A stretch of 64,000 bases of DNA from Vicugna vicugna (lineage: Eukaryota): assembly GCA_013265495.1 (NCBI GenBank), contig MU058198.1:2864419-2928418 (forward strand), in the 5' to 3' direction. The first letter of the stretch is position 1; the number at the start of each line of letters is the position of its first letter. Under the pieces are notes generated by a model, which did not search any database, was not told the origin of the DNA, and saw only the letters and a program-made list of their open reading frames with translations. Position numbers and translations under genes: made by a program. Shown here one piece after another: positions 1-13,430 of the stretch.

Positions 1-357
1 TCCTTTTATACTGAAAGGGGGAGGGGGTATGCTTGGTTGTTGCAAACTTCTTGATGTAGAAATTCTTTGTTCGTGGAATCCTTTGTTCTTACAGCTGTCC
101 ACGTGGGTCAGGTCACAGTGTCCCCGTAAAACCTCCAACAAAACAGACGTTATTTTCTGTTCCACAAATTGTAATCTTGGTATGAGTGGAAAAGTGTTAA
201 TATCCTTAAAGGTTAGAGCCTGTATATTTCAGGCTACAGGCAACATTCTTTTACAAAAGGTGCCCAACCAGCAAGACTAAGCCTAGTAAACAGAGCACAG
301 GGTTAAAGTCAAAGGAACAGATCTAATATGGAATCAGATTTGTTCTTTTCTATTACA
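1..357 (-). mobile_element. ERV LTR fragment, truncated by the window edge
   Basis: Ends in ...tattaca (TGTAATA start on the minus strand); TATAAAA on the minus strand at the window start; resembles cetartiodactyl ERV1 LTRs. Confidence 0.6.
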
Positions 358-539
358 ACCCCGCCCCCTTTCCCAGGCAAGATTCTGGAGAGCAGGGCTG
401 TGCATTCCCAGCCTCCTGTATCCTTGCTCCCCACCCACACCTTGGCTCCTCCAGACACATTTCCTCCCCCTCACTCCTTGACTGCTTCCATACAGGCTCT
501 CTTCTCCTTAACCAATTACCAATGGAGACTTTGTAATGT

Positions 540-950
540 AGATTTTTATGAGCTAGTTTTTTAAAAACTGCAAAGAATGCATGCTCATGGCAAAGAGGAA
601 AAAAATCCAATGAGTGCAGAAAGATAAAGGTGAAAATAAAGTCCCATTCTACACCTCAGGCCATCCAGGTCTCCGAGAGTTATTCTCCAGAGGTAACCAC
701 GGTTAACAGTTTACTGCGTATCTTTATGTGTGTGTGTATTTTGTATATAAATAGGCACATATTGAACTTCCTGTTCTACAACTTGCTTTTTTCACTTAAT
801 AACACATCTTGGATTCCTTTCTGCATCAATAGCTATAGATCCACCTCATTTTTTTTAAGTCACATAATAAGCTATTGTCTGGCCTCACTAGAGTTTATTT
901 AAACAGCTTCCCACCCAGGGGCATGTAGGTTGCTTCTGGCCTCTTTCTGT
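540..950 (-). mobile_element. Old L1 (L1M-type) 3' region fragment, continuing at ~1360-2180
   Basis: Typical antisense L1M 3' text (ttgcttttttcacttaataacacatcttgg; aatgctgcaacaaacattcttgcac; gaactgctgggttcaagggtat; ttttaatttgcatttcttt). Confidence 0.6.
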
Positions 951-959
951 CACAGTGTT

Positions 960-1360
960 TCAGTCATTAGGTCAATGCCAGCTGCTGTAACAAACAAACC
1001 ACAAGAGAAGAGTTTATGTCTTGCTCACAATAGTCCAAGGGGGCTGTTTTCCCAGTTGTAAGTGGTTTTCCTGTCCTTTCTATCTTTTGGACTATCCCCT
1101 GCTAGGGCCTCAGAGTTCTCTGCATTCTGCTAGAAGACGGAAGAGACAATGGAAATCCAGGACATACCTACTTTGTAAGCACACGAGCCTGGAGGTAACA
1201 CACTGTAGGTTTATGGCAAGAAGCAGTCACAGGGCCCCACCTGTGCAGGGGCTGCTGGGAAATGTAGTCTTTGGCTGGGCAGCTGCCCTCTAGAAACAGA
1301 GCTACACTATTGGAGGGAGGGGCAGGAATCTTTGGTGAACACCTCCCCATCTCTGCCACA
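960..1360 (-). mobile_element. MaLR LTR (MLT1-type) inserted in the old L1
   Basis: gctgctgtaacaaacaaacc...cttgctcaca...gctgggaaatgtagtct pattern typical of MLT1. Confidence 0.6.
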
Positions 1361-1593
1361 AATGCTGCAACAAACATTCTTGCACACAGGGCTTTACATG
1401 CTCGTACAAATACATTTCCAGAAGTGGAACTGCTGGGTTCAAGGGTATATGTCTTTTACATTTGGGTAGATAGTATCTTCTTGCTCTCCTAAAGATGCAT
1501 TGATTTCTGTGCTCCCTCCACTATTGGAAAGTACTTTGTTCTACACTCCTGCTAGCAATAACTTATAATTTTTAAAAATAAATTTTCCAATCA

Positions 1594-1738
1594 GGGGCAA
1601 GGTATAGCTCAATTAGTAGAGGGCATGCTTAGCATGCACGAGGTCCTGGGTTCAATCCCCAGTACCCCCATTAAGTAAATAAATAAATAAACCAAATTGC
1701 CTCAAAAATTAAAAAAAAAAGAACTAAAAAATTAAATA
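1594..1738 (+). mobile_element. tRNA-Ala-derived SINE (Vic-1-like)
   Basis: A box (tatagctcaattagtagag), B box (ggttcaatcc), A-rich tail, imperfect TSD aaaataaattttccaatc / aaaatatattttccagtc. Confidence 0.88.
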
Positions 1739-2412
1739 AAATATATTTTCCAGTCTATTTCATCTTGGTTTTAATTTGCATTTCTTTAATTTTAAGAGTG
1801 TTAGAGTATCTTTTCATATATTTGTTTCCCATTAGTAGCTCTTTTACTGTTAACTTCTCTTAGTCTGTGTTCCTTTATTCTACCAGCTGGTTCTTTTTCT
1901 CATTAATTTGCAGGAATGTTGAAAAATATATAAAATATATAAACATGTACACAGATCTTAAAAATATATGAAATCATCTTTTGTCTTCCTATCTTATGTA
2001 CCGCAAATATTTTACCAGCCATTTTCCTTTTATTTTATTTATGGTATTTTTCCATCCCAGAGACTTGCATTTTTTATGTATCTAACTTTTCAGTCTTTTC
2101 CTCCATGAGTTTTGTCTCATGCTTAGAAAGGCTGTCCTCGTGCCAAGATTAATTTTATATTCTCACGTTTTCTTCCAGTGTTAGAGTCACACTTGCTTGA
2201 ATCCAGATTTTGCAACTTGCTACGTGGCTCTGGTGACTGACTTTAGTTCCCCGTGTCCCAGATTCCTCGGCCCACGAACAGGAAGGGTGAGAGTTAATGC
2301 AGAGACTGAGTGAGATGGTTCATACCCAGAGCTGCAAACCACACTGGGCTGCCAGTCACGGCACCAGAATTGTGAGCTGTCCGCTTGTTCCCGTCTCGGG
2401 CATCAGTGACCA

Positions 2413-2782
2413 TGTCTCAATCAGCTCGGGCTGCTGTAACAAAAATTCCATAGGCTGGGGAACTTAAACGACAGAAATTTGCTTCTCACAATCGAGGTTC
2501 AAAGTTCAAGGTCAAGGTGGCAACCAATTTGGTTCCAGGTGAGGACTCTCCTCCTGGTTTACAGCTGGACACTTTCTTCCTGCGTGCTCACGTGGCAGAG
2601 ATGGAGAGATCATCTCTCCCACGTCTCTGTAAAAGAGCCCTAAGCCCATTTGTGAGGCTTTCACTCTCATGACCTAATTCCTCCCACAGGCTGCACCTCC
2701 ACATACCATCACAGTGGGGGTTAGGACATCAGGGTATGAGTTTGAGGTGGGGGACATAGGAGGACACGCTCAGTCCGTAGCA
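2413..2782 (-). mobile_element. MaLR solo LTR (MLT1A-like)
   Basis: tgtctcaatcagctcgggctgctgtaacaaa ... cagtccgtagca; TG...CA ends, about 370 bp. Confidence 0.8.
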
Positions 2783-2816
2783 GACTGTGTACATGGCTGA
2801 TGCATGCTGCCGGCCC

Positions 2817-3290
2817 TTTTTTAAAAAAAGATATACACCACAATGCTGTAATATGTGTATACACTGTGAAATGGTTACCACAGTCAGGTGAATTAACACA
2901 TCCATCACTTCATATTGTTACCATTTTGTGTGTATGGAGAGAACACTTAAGACTGACCCTCTCAGCAAATGTCAAGTATACAGCACGGTATCATTAACTA
3001 TAGTCACCATGCTGTACATTAGATCCCCAGAACGTATACATCCTACAGCTGAATGTTTGTCCCTTTGAACCAGCATCTTCCCATGTCCCGCACCCCCTCA
3101 GCCCCTGGCAGCCTCCTTTCTGCTCCCTGCTTCTGGGAGTTCAACAGACAGATCCCACAGGTGAGTGAAATAGCATTTGTCTTTCTGTGCTTGGCTTATT
3201 TCTCTCTCGGCCATAAAAAAAAGGAAGGAATGGCTGCCGTTTGTGACAACGTGGATGAACCCGTAGGACGTTACGCTAAGTGAAATAAGC
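2817..3290 (-). mobile_element. L1 (L1MA-type) 3' end with an inverted 5' segment
   Basis: Antisense L1 3' UTR text to ~3205, then sense L1 text 3210-3290 (gccataaaa...tttgtgacaacgtggatgaac...ctaagtgaaataagc). Confidence 0.8.
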
Positions 3291-5179
3291 TGTGTGCCCA
3301 CTTCTTCTGGTTAGCAAGGGCCAGAACTCAAACTCAGATCTCTTTGACTCCACATCCCATACTGACAGGCAGCCTCCAAAGTAGACCGGTGCCCCTTGAA
3401 CCTCTCTGTGTGGACACCACGCAAGCAGGATCCCCTTCTTATCTCCATCTGTCTCAGAGCAGGACTCAGGACAAATTCCAAAATGCACAAAGTATGGGGG
3501 AAAGAACAGGTGTTACTGGGGAAACTAGGAGTAGAAGAGCTCGGCATGGGGTTGCTCTGTCTCCTCACCATCACCGAGGGGGACATGCCAGAGTCTGGAC
3601 CAACTATGGGTTTACCCTCCAGGGAAGGGACCCGACACCTCCATCAGCTTCCTTCCTTATAGGGCAGGAGTGAGAGCAGTCTTGTCGGCCAGGGGACAGT
3701 CCAACTACTGGGACCCCAGGCAGGCTGGTCTGAGGTGCCAGCTGTTTACAGGAGTTATCTGGGAAAGCCAGCTGCCCAGCCCCTGTATCAGAAATTGGGT
3801 TCAGGCACGGCCCCTCCTGCCAGAGGGAGGAAGCCACCAGCTCTGGTAGGAAGCCAGGTTCAGTGCAGTCCCTCTCACTGGGAAAAGGGGGCCCCCTCAC
3901 CCCCAGGGTATACAAGGCTTTTAACTCCTTAAGGACAGAGACTACAACATGCCTGTCTTTGTATCCTGGCACACAGCAGGTGCTCAGTAAATGCTTGTTC
4001 AATGAACAAACGCATGAATGCATACCAGGCACAGGACAGGCATTGTCAATAGAAAGGTGACAGATGTGATCCCTGCCTTCTGTGACCTTACACTCTAGGG
4101 TGACGACAGATGTGTGAAAAATGGGATATGTCTATAGTGAGTACCATGGAATCACGGGTAGCAAATGCTTAACTGTTGGGAAGGGGAAAATAATAAGGAC
4201 ACAGTCAGGGAAGACTCCCTGGTGGAGGTGACAATGAGCTAAGAGATGAAGAAGTTCTGCCTGGTAGCCACAGGGGATTCATGCAGACAGCACAACATGT
4301 CAAATACAATTTTGTGGGGAAAACTGAGTAGTCCACTCTGGCCAGAGCCCAGGGTAGCCATGGACCAGATCACAAAGAGCCACACATGTCTTGTTAAGAC
4401 CTTTATCCTGTAAGCATTGAGGAATTATCGATGGAGTTCAAGCTGGGACTCGGTGTTTTCCTCCTGGGTCACGTAAGTGTGAGGATTTGGGGCTGTGGGC
4501 TTGGAAGGAAGGGGTCCCATGATGCAAGAGGGGACTCACAGGCACTGTGGCTTTGCTCGGCCAACACATGCCAGGTGAGCGGGTGGAGCAGTTTCAGTTT
4601 TAAGCACCAATTGCTTGCAGGAAAGCCTTTTCCCTCCTCTTTTGCTCCTAATTATCCCTCTGGAGACTGCAACGATTTTCAAGGAGGCTGGTTGCCCAGC
4701 TAGGAGCTAGTAAATCACCAAAATCCCCCAAGCAGCCAGGCCTTCCCAGATACGTACACCGAGTGTACAGATTTAGCAGGAAATGAAATCTTCCAGAGAC
4801 TCCTGTCGGTAATGATCAGGAGCGTGCCAGCCCTGCTCAGAGGTGCCCACGTCCTGGGACACTCATAGCAGGTCCCTGGTGTGGACAGGGGGACAACAGG
4901 GGCTGCCTCAGCCCCGCCGGGTGGGCCAGAAAATGCCATCTCCAGATGACATCTCAAGCTGACCAGAGAGAATGTGGATTTTTTTTTTCCTTTATTGGTG
5001 AGGGTCCCAGAAGTCTGGAGAAGATAAAGCGTGGACTTTTGTGGAACGGGGAAGACTCCCAGATCTCCGCTGGCACACACGCTTCTCCTTTGTTGTTCCC
5101 AAACTAAAGCCTTGCTTTTATTTTTTTTCTCTTTAGCAAATGTTTACTGAATTACCGGAAACCTCTTCATAGGCACCTA

Positions 5180-5895
5180 TCTTTGACACTGGCTCTTTGA
5201 TCAATTTTGGGGGGCACCTATGGCATGCCAGGAATTGTGCTAGGAAGGCACAAATGAACAAGAGACCCGCCCAAGATGCTGACGATCTGTTGCTCTAAAT
5301 GGATGCACTCCTTGTAAGTTTCACACAGTGGGATTAAGTTTTAAGAGTTGGATGTAGGAAGTGCCAAGAAATTACAAGTAAGGGTTCACAGAGGGTGTGA
5401 CTTTTCCTTTGGGCTTGAAAAGATGAGCAGACATTTGCCAGGGTAAAAGAGATAAGAAAGATGATCCAGAGTCTTAGAAAATAAAACAAAAAAACTCAGC
5501 AAGTGCAGAACACAGGAAAGAACAGGATGTGTTCAGGAAGGGATTTTGTGTTCAGCGTAGTATGAGCATCAGGCTGCCGGGAAGTGGCATGAGATGAATT
5601 CTGGAGAGGTAAGCGGTAGCCTTGGGCACCAAGTCAACGAACGTGGGTTTTATTCCAAAGAATAGCTGATGGTTGACAATATTGGGTTTGCTTTGGAAGG
5701 ATTTCCCTGGTGGACACAAGCAGAATGGATTGAACAGAGAAGAGAGGAGAAGCGAGGGCGTCAGAGAGAAATCTGTTGTCAGAGGAACAGGTGACAAGAG
5801 CCTGAGGCTGTCTGAGTGGGGCCAGGAGAGGGAGGCAGAGACATGAGAACTGAATGACAGACGTTAGATGTGAGGAGTCAAGAATGACGCTGAGG
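5180..5895 (-). mobile_element. L2 fragments (continuing after the L1 at ~7333-7530)
   Basis: Degenerate L2 text (gcacctatggcatgccaggaattgtgctagg; gatgtgaggagtcaagaatgac...gaggtttct; gagttcagttgtgga). Confidence 0.55.
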
Positions 5896-7316
5896 GAGCC
5901 CAGAAATGAACCCACAAACTTTTGGTCAACTAATCTTCGACAAAGGAGGCAAGAATATACAATGGAATAAAGACAGTCTCTTCAGCAAATGGTGCTGGGA
6001 AAACTGGACAGCAGCATGTAAATCAGTGAAACTAGAACACCCCCCTTACACCATACATAAAAATAAACTCAAAATGGGTCAAAGACTTAAACACAAGACA
6101 AGATACAATAAACCTCCTAGAAGAAAATATAGGCAAAACATTATCTGACATACATCTCAAAGATATTCTCCTAGGGCAGTCTACCCAAGCAATAGAAATA
6201 AAAGCAAGAATAAACAAATGGGACCTAATTAAACTTACAAGCTTCTGCACAGCAAAGGAAACCATAAGTAAAACAAAACAATAACCTACGGAGTGGGAGA
6301 AAATTTTTACAAATGAAACCGACAAAGGCTTAATCTCCAGAATATATAAGCAGCTCATACGACTTAATGAGAAAAAACCAAACAACCCAATCCGAAAATG
6401 GGTAGAAGACCCAAACAAGCAATTATCCAAGGAAGAAATACAAATGATCAATAGGCACATGAAAAAATGGTCCATATCACTAATCATCAGAAAATGCAAA
6501 TCAAAACTACAATGAGGTATCACCTGACACCAGTCAGAATGGCCATCATTCAAAAGTCCACAAATGACAAATGCTGGAGAGGCTGTGGAGAAAAGGGAAC
6601 CCTCCTACACAGCTGGTGGGAATGCAGTTTGGTGCAGCCACTGTGGAAAACAGTATGGAGATTCCTCAAAAGACTAGGAGTAGACTTACCATATGACCCA
6701 GGAATCGCGCTCCTGGGCATATATCCAGAAGCAACCCTACTTCAAAAAGACACCTGCACCCCAATGTTCATAGCAGCACTACATACAATAGCCAAGACAT
6801 GGAAACAGCCTAAATGTCCATCAACAGATGACTTGATAAAGAAGATGTGGTATATTTATACAATGGAATACTGTTCAGCCATAAAACCAACAACATAACA
6901 CCATTTGCAGCAACATGGATGTTCCTGGAGAATGTCATTCTAACTGAAGTAAGCCAGAAAGAGAAAGAAAAATACCATATGAGATCACTCATATGTGGAA
7001 TCTAAAAAAAAAACAAACCATAAATACAAAACAGAAACAGACTCATAGACATAGAATACAAACTTGTGGTTGCCAAGGGGGTAGGGGGTGGGAAGGGACA
7101 GACTGGGATTTCAAAATGTAGAACAGATAAACAAGATTATACTGTATAGCACAGGGAAATATATACAAGATCTTATGGTAGCTCACAGAGGAAAAAATGT
7201 GGCAATGAATACATATTATGTTCATGTATATCTGAAAAATTGTGCTCTACACTGGAATTTGACACAACATTGTAAAATGACTATAACTCAATAAAAAAAT
7301 GTTAAAAAAAAAAAAA
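5896..7316 (+). mobile_element. Relatively young 5'-truncated L1: ORF2 C-terminus, 3' UTR and poly(A)
   Basis: ORF2 peptides [27 protein letters not shown] and [18 protein letters not shown] (Cys-rich domain) in different frames; AATAAA 7290-7295 and poly(A); 16-bp TSD aagaatgacgctgagg (5880-5895) / aagaatgacactgagg (7317-7332). Confidence 0.95.
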
Positions 7317-9704
7317 AAGAATGACACTGAGGTTTCTCTGCTTTGTGAGCGGATTCACGGCAATACTGTCTACAAAAACAGGCAAAAGAGAGAAGTAAGA
7401 CTGCGGAGGAAAATGGTGAGTTCAGTTGTGGAGGTGAGATACCGGTCCACTCTCAGTCCAACATTCCAATCCAGAGTGTGGGAAAGTTGGTCCTGCAGTT
7501 ACAGACTTACGAGGAGTCAACAGCTCCCGGGCAGCCCTAAGGCTGGGGAAGGAAAGAGGTCATCCAGGAAGATCACATAGAGTAAGAGAAACAGGAGGCA
7601 GACTCCTGTGAAGGTCTAGAATTTTTCAGAGAGAGCTGAGAATGTGGAAGGGGGATGAGGGCTTCAGTGCACCCCTGGTTAGACCGGTTGTTGGCTTTGT
7701 GTAAACCTCAGAAATATTAATGGAGATCTCACTTGTGCCGTGCACTCTGGTAGACTTTAATGCAAATAAGATGCACCCTGCCCTGCCTCGCGGGGTTTAT
7801 AACTGAGTGGGGGGGAGGGTAGCTTCCACAGAGAGGAAGCCAGGTTGTATGACAGGTTAGAGTTCTCGGGTTGTCAGCAGCAGAAACTGACACTAACTCT
7901 AAAAGTAGGGAAAAATTTTAGAAGGCTGTGCAGTAACTCCCAGAACACAGAGGAACGTGGGAAAACCAGGTCTCAGGAAGGGCAAGAACCAAGCCTGGTG
8001 AAGGGACTGGATAAGAGGCTCTTCCAGGCTCCTGTGTCTGGTTGGAAGTTTCAGTCCACATGGTACATTTTGTCTTTATGACACCCCTGGCACTGATTAG
8101 CCTGACTTCGCTCATGCACCCTCTCCTTGGCCTGCTGAGATTTTATTCAAAGCAAGAGTGGTGGTTCCTTAAAAAAAAAAGAATCTGGAGGCTGTTCCCA
8201 GATGGAGGGGAAATTGTTGCTGAGCAGGTTAAAATAACAGATGGGAGGTGAGGCCAACAGTGAGTGTTAGATGATCCTTTCAGTAATTTTTTGCAGAACT
8301 GCACAGGAAAGCAAGGAGGCTGAAGCTTAACAGGGTCACAGGGTGAGAGGAAAGTTCAGCTGTTTGTTAGCCCCTGAAAGCAAAATTTGAACAATGACAC
8401 GAGGAGAAAAAAGTGAGCCTTAAGGAAAAATCCCTCCCACTACGTGCTCACCGAGCAGGGAGATAGGTGGACACGCAGTGTCCTTGTTTATGCTATCATC
8501 ACACGGGCCTCCTGTACACTATTCCAGTGACCTCATGGGAAATAAATACGTAAGGATGTCCCTTGGGGGAGATAGAGAACATCTGAGGTACACATTTGAC
8601 TCACGGAGTGATGACCTGTGTGTGACGTTATTAACAGCCTCGTGTTTGTGTCTCCCTCAGTATTTGTGATTTGATTTTGTAGCTGATGTGCCAGTTAAGA
8701 ATTAGAAGGGTGGACCCTCACTTCAGTGCATGGCTGGGGGAACAATGTGATACTCTGGCAATCACTGGAATGGGTCAGAATTTTCCAAACTGATAACAGA
8801 GAGGGATGTTAACTGGTGTTCCTGGCGAAAGATCATAGCTCCTTAGCCATGTAAGCTTGGGAAATGGTGCCGCCTCAGTTCCTCTCTTGGAGATATTCTT
8901 TAGTCTATTAAAGGCAATTGCAGGGAAATCTGTTTAGTGGCTTGTCAGGGTCAATCTTTTGGGTGTTGAAGACCTTTATGTATCAATAACCCCCATAAAG
9001 TATGGAAAGTCCTTATGCTGAAATGCACTGTCGCATATATGTAATTTCAGCTACTGTCATCACAAAGACCAACACCTCATTACGCTGTGTGCCAAGGTCA
9101 TAAAATAACACAGGCAGATTTCTACAAAACTCCAGCCAAAGAGTTCTATTCAAATGTACCTGTGGTTGTTTGCTTGTAATGAGATCCAATTTTAAAAATG
9201 GCATTCTCAGTATTAATAAATACTGTAAAAACCTTCTACCCATAAGGGTCCATCGTAGACCCTGGGCCTACAAGCAAAATATCCGTTGTATCCGCTTATC
9301 AGCTGCACAGTGAATGTGAAGATTCAAGGGGATAACGGATGGGTGCAGGGAAGGCAGGACGGGAAGGGATCTGAGAACACAGGTGGGCAGGTGAGCCCCT
9401 GCCTACCTTGTCCTCGGAGACTAGTGGGAGGGGCTCGGGATGGGTGCAGATACAGTCACTGTCAAGGTGGAGGAGAGAGAGATTGAAGGAGTTGAGGTGA
9501 GGCAGCGTATACATTTCCAGAGTAGTGGGAGACTAGTCATGTGTTAGCTTAGGTGACAGAAGTAGGGTTGGGAGTTTATGGTGAGCATTTGGAACACTTA
9601 CTAGGATAATGATGGGGGGGGCATGTAAAAACAAATATAAAAGATTATCAAACAGCATTCAGGGCTCAATCGAAGCTAGAATTAATAAATATATAAAGAA
9701 TTCA

Positions 9705-9820
9705 GGGTGGGGAAGATATAGCTCAGTGGTAGAGCACATGCTTAGTATGCACAAGGTCCTGGGTTCAATCCCCAGTCCCTCCGTTAAAAAAAAATAGATA
9801 AATCTAATTTAAAATAAAAA
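9705..9820 (+). mobile_element. tRNA-Ala-derived SINE (Vic-1-like)
   Basis: atagctcagtggtagagcacatgcttagtatgcacaaggtcctgggttcaatcccc, A tail, TSD-like aaagaattcag / aaagaatccag. Confidence 0.88.
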
Positions 9821-9939
9821 AGAATCCAGTTGTCATTTTTTCTCTACTGCCATTTGGCAACCCAGAGACAGAATTAGAAAACATGAAAAGTTGGAAAGAT
9901 GCATGATTAACGACTGGAAGAGCAAGTAGTACGAAGAAA

Positions 9940-9981
9940 TGAATGATGATGATGACGATGATGATGATGAAGGTGATGATG
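9940..9981. repeat. (GAT)n microsatellite
   Basis: Imperfect gatgatgatgacgatgatgatgatgaaggtgatgatg. Confidence 0.85.
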
Positions 9982-10114
9982 CTACTGAAATGGCCATTCA
10001 CTGGGTCCAGAGAAGGTTTAGAGGAAAGTGAAATCAAGGGCATCAGATAAATCTGAAGGTCGGGTATAATGAGTCTGAGACCGTGGGGAAAGTTGAAAGA
10101 AAGAAGGTGTGGTC

Positions 10115-10558
10115 TGTGTCAGTTTCCTGGGGCCGCCATAACAAATGACCACCAACTGGGTGGCTTAAAGCAATGGAAATTTATTCTTTCACAGTTTTGG
10201 AGGCCAGAATTCGGAAACCAAATTGTCAGCAGGGTTGGTTCCTTTTCGAGTAAAAAAATGGGCGCCATGCTTCTCTCCTAGCTCCTGGTGGCTGCCAACA
10301 GTGCCTGTCATTTCCTGGCTTATAGCTATTTTGCCGTAGGCTCTGCCTTCACCTTCACATCGCCTCCTGCTCTGTGCGTCTCTTCTCTTCTTCTCTCCTC
10401 TTCTAAGGACATTCCTTACAAGAAACCCTAATCCAGGATGACCTCATCTCAAGATCCTTCACTTTCTTCCATCTGCAAAGATCCTTTTTCCAAAAAAGGT
10501 CACATTCAAGGTTCTGGGTGGACATATCTTTTAGAGGGTCACCGTTCAACCCTCTACA
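10115..10558 (-). mobile_element. MaLR solo LTR (MLT1B/C-like)
   Basis: tgtgtcagtttcctggggccgccataacaaatgaccacc ... ttcaaccctctaca. Confidence 0.8.
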
Positions 10559-10973
10559 GAGCCCTAGAATGGAACTTTTCAGAATTAGGGCAGTTCCAAC
10601 GACAAGACCTAAGGTATGGCCGTGAGGAAGAGTTGCTAAAAGAGAAGAGAAAATGGAGATATTTGATCAAAGAACTACAAGGCCAGGTCACTGAGCAGAG
10701 CTGATAATAGGGACTAGGACTAAGAAGAACCAGGTGCCAGTATCCCAGAGGAATGTGCTTTGCGAGTGGGAAAAACCACAGCGTTAGGAGTGGGGAAGGG
10801 ACGATTGCTGTATTGGTCATTTGCAAGTCTTCCTGCACACTGGAATCATCTGAGACGCTTCAAAAAATTACCCATCCCCAAATATTTTTATTCAGTTAGT
10901 CTGGGATGTGGCTTGGACATCTGTGGGGTTTTTTAAGTCTTTTAAAATTTCTTCAGCAGTGTTTCTAGGTAGT

Positions 10974-11160
10974 TTTTTTTCTAATTGAGTTTACCATGTT
11001 GTGTCAGTTTCTGGTGTACAGCATAAATGTTTCAGTCATACATATACATGCATGTATTCGTTTTCATATTCTTTTTCATTATAGGTTAGTCTGAGATATC
11101 AAATAGAGTTCCCTGTGCTTTACAGAAGAAACTTGTTGTATATGTATTTTATATATATGT
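10974..11160 (-). mobile_element. Short L1 3'-end insertion, apparently inside a MER5-like hAT fragment starting at ~10830
   Basis: T tract, then atgttgtgtcagtttctggtgtacagc...gttccctgtgct, the antisense of a 3' end similar to that of the 5896-7316 L1. Confidence 0.75.
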
Positions 11161-11647
11161 GGGCTTTTCTTTTTAATTTCTTGGGTGAGCTAATGTATTC
11201 ATCTCAGAACCAGGGTATTAAAACATAGAGGACGGAGATGTTGCATTAGCCAGTTTACAACTGAGGTTCCTCCCAGTCTGGAGTTCTTTGCTTCTTCGGT
11301 CTTATACTATGGATGTATTTCAGATGTGTTTCAGCAGGAAAAGGCATCAGAACTCATTTCTGAAACACTTGCTGTCCTCTACAAAACACTGTCCCCCACC
11401 TCTGCCTCCAAAAAAAGATTTTCTTCGTCTATTTGGAGAAGTTATCTTTCCAAGAACAATATTCGGTGGCTTCCTTTGTATGTTTTGAATATGTAATAAA
11501 TGCAGTAAAAATTCCAAGCAGCGTGAAAGATTACACAATAAAAAGCATTTCTCATTTACCCTGACCTTCTTGCTCTGCTCCCACTCAAGGCCCCTCCCCA
11601 GAAGCAAATACTTTTATTGGTTTCTTGGTATCCCTCCCTAAATGATC

Positions 11648-11789
11648 CAGCTGTCTCTTGCTTTTTTTTTTTCGTTTCAGCGCTAAATCTTGGAAATCAT
11701 TCCATGACAGTACACAGCTGCAGCTGGCTCTTGCTTTTTTTTTTTCGTTTCAGCGCTAAATCTTGGAAATCATTCCATGACAGTACACA
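11648..11789. repeat. Near-perfect tandem duplication, period 73 bp
   Basis: Two copies of cagctg(t/g)ctcttgc(T11)cgtttcagcgctaaatcttggaaatcattccatgacagtacaca, starting at 11648 and 11721. Confidence 0.95.
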
Positions 11790-11984
11790 CAGATCTACCT
11801 AACTCTATTAATTAGCTATTCCATCATTTATTTAACCCATACTGATGGTCATGCAGGTTGTTTCCTGACTTAAAGCAAACTGTTTAAGACTTAAAAAAAA
11901 ATCAACAAGAGTTAAAGTGGGTTCTTCATCAGGTGAGAGCAGGGGAGCCTCAAACGTCAAACCGGAGAGGGGGGACTCCACTAG

Positions 11985-12686
<702 letters not shown>

Positions 12687-13430
12687 GCCACCGAGATGCA
12701 AAGGCGTGTCTCTTCCATGAGGCTTGCCCTGAGACACTCTGATCCTCTTCTCCCCAGCAAACCCAGGCTCCAGCCCCTGTTCCCATCATGGGTTCCATCC
12801 TCCTGGAACCGGGGAGCCCAGTTAAGGCCAAGAGACCAGGGGGTCCCTGCCACTAGCCCTCCGCAGTCTGTCCAGGCGAGGATGCTCTGTGTCTGGCATG
12901 TCAGGTCAATTCCAAATGGTTTTCCTTCAGCCTCTAAGGGGCTTTAGGAAAAGCAGATCTTCTGATTATGAGGCATATTAGAAGTGGTGATAGTTTTGTT
13001 GCTATGAACACAGCAGTCTGTCCCTATCACTATCCGCCCCGGAGTGGGCTTGCTGATTTTGAGTGGCACGTACCTCCCCTCTGAGCTTAACTCCCCGAGC
13101 CGCCCTGGGTGATGGATGGGAGACCAGCCTTGCCCTCCTGACCTGAGCAGCTCCTGGGGAGATCGCAGAGCAGGAAGCACCCGGCCACTCTGAGGAGACA
13201 GACCCTTTGATGATGAAATGAACCAGTGGCTTCAAAGCCTGTGGTCTCAACTCTGCTTGAAGGGGCGCTGTCTTTGAAAACCACTCTGTGACTCTCCCCG
13301 CCCCCTGTGGACAAAAGCACATAATTCTGCTGTTACGGGTACTTTTCCTCACGCGAGCTTTCATGTTCAGCATGCGACCAAATCATGCTTGTCCATGTGA
13401 AATAAATACGGCTCTCTCACGTCCTTCTGG
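12687..13430 (+). other. HS3ST2: HS3ST2 3' UTR
   Basis: Repeat-free sequence from the stop codon to the first AATAAA; end position is approximate. Confidence 0.75.
13401..13406 (+). terminator. HS3ST2: Polyadenylation signal AATAAA of HS3ST2
   Basis: First AATAAA seen after the stop, followed by U/GU-rich sequence (gtccttctggctgggccttttct); a second AATAAA is at 13669-13674. Confidence 0.75.

Noticed and set aside
5906..6898. L1 ORF2-like ORFs as host genes
   Set aside because: Frameshifted pieces of a 5'-truncated L1 bounded by TSDs.
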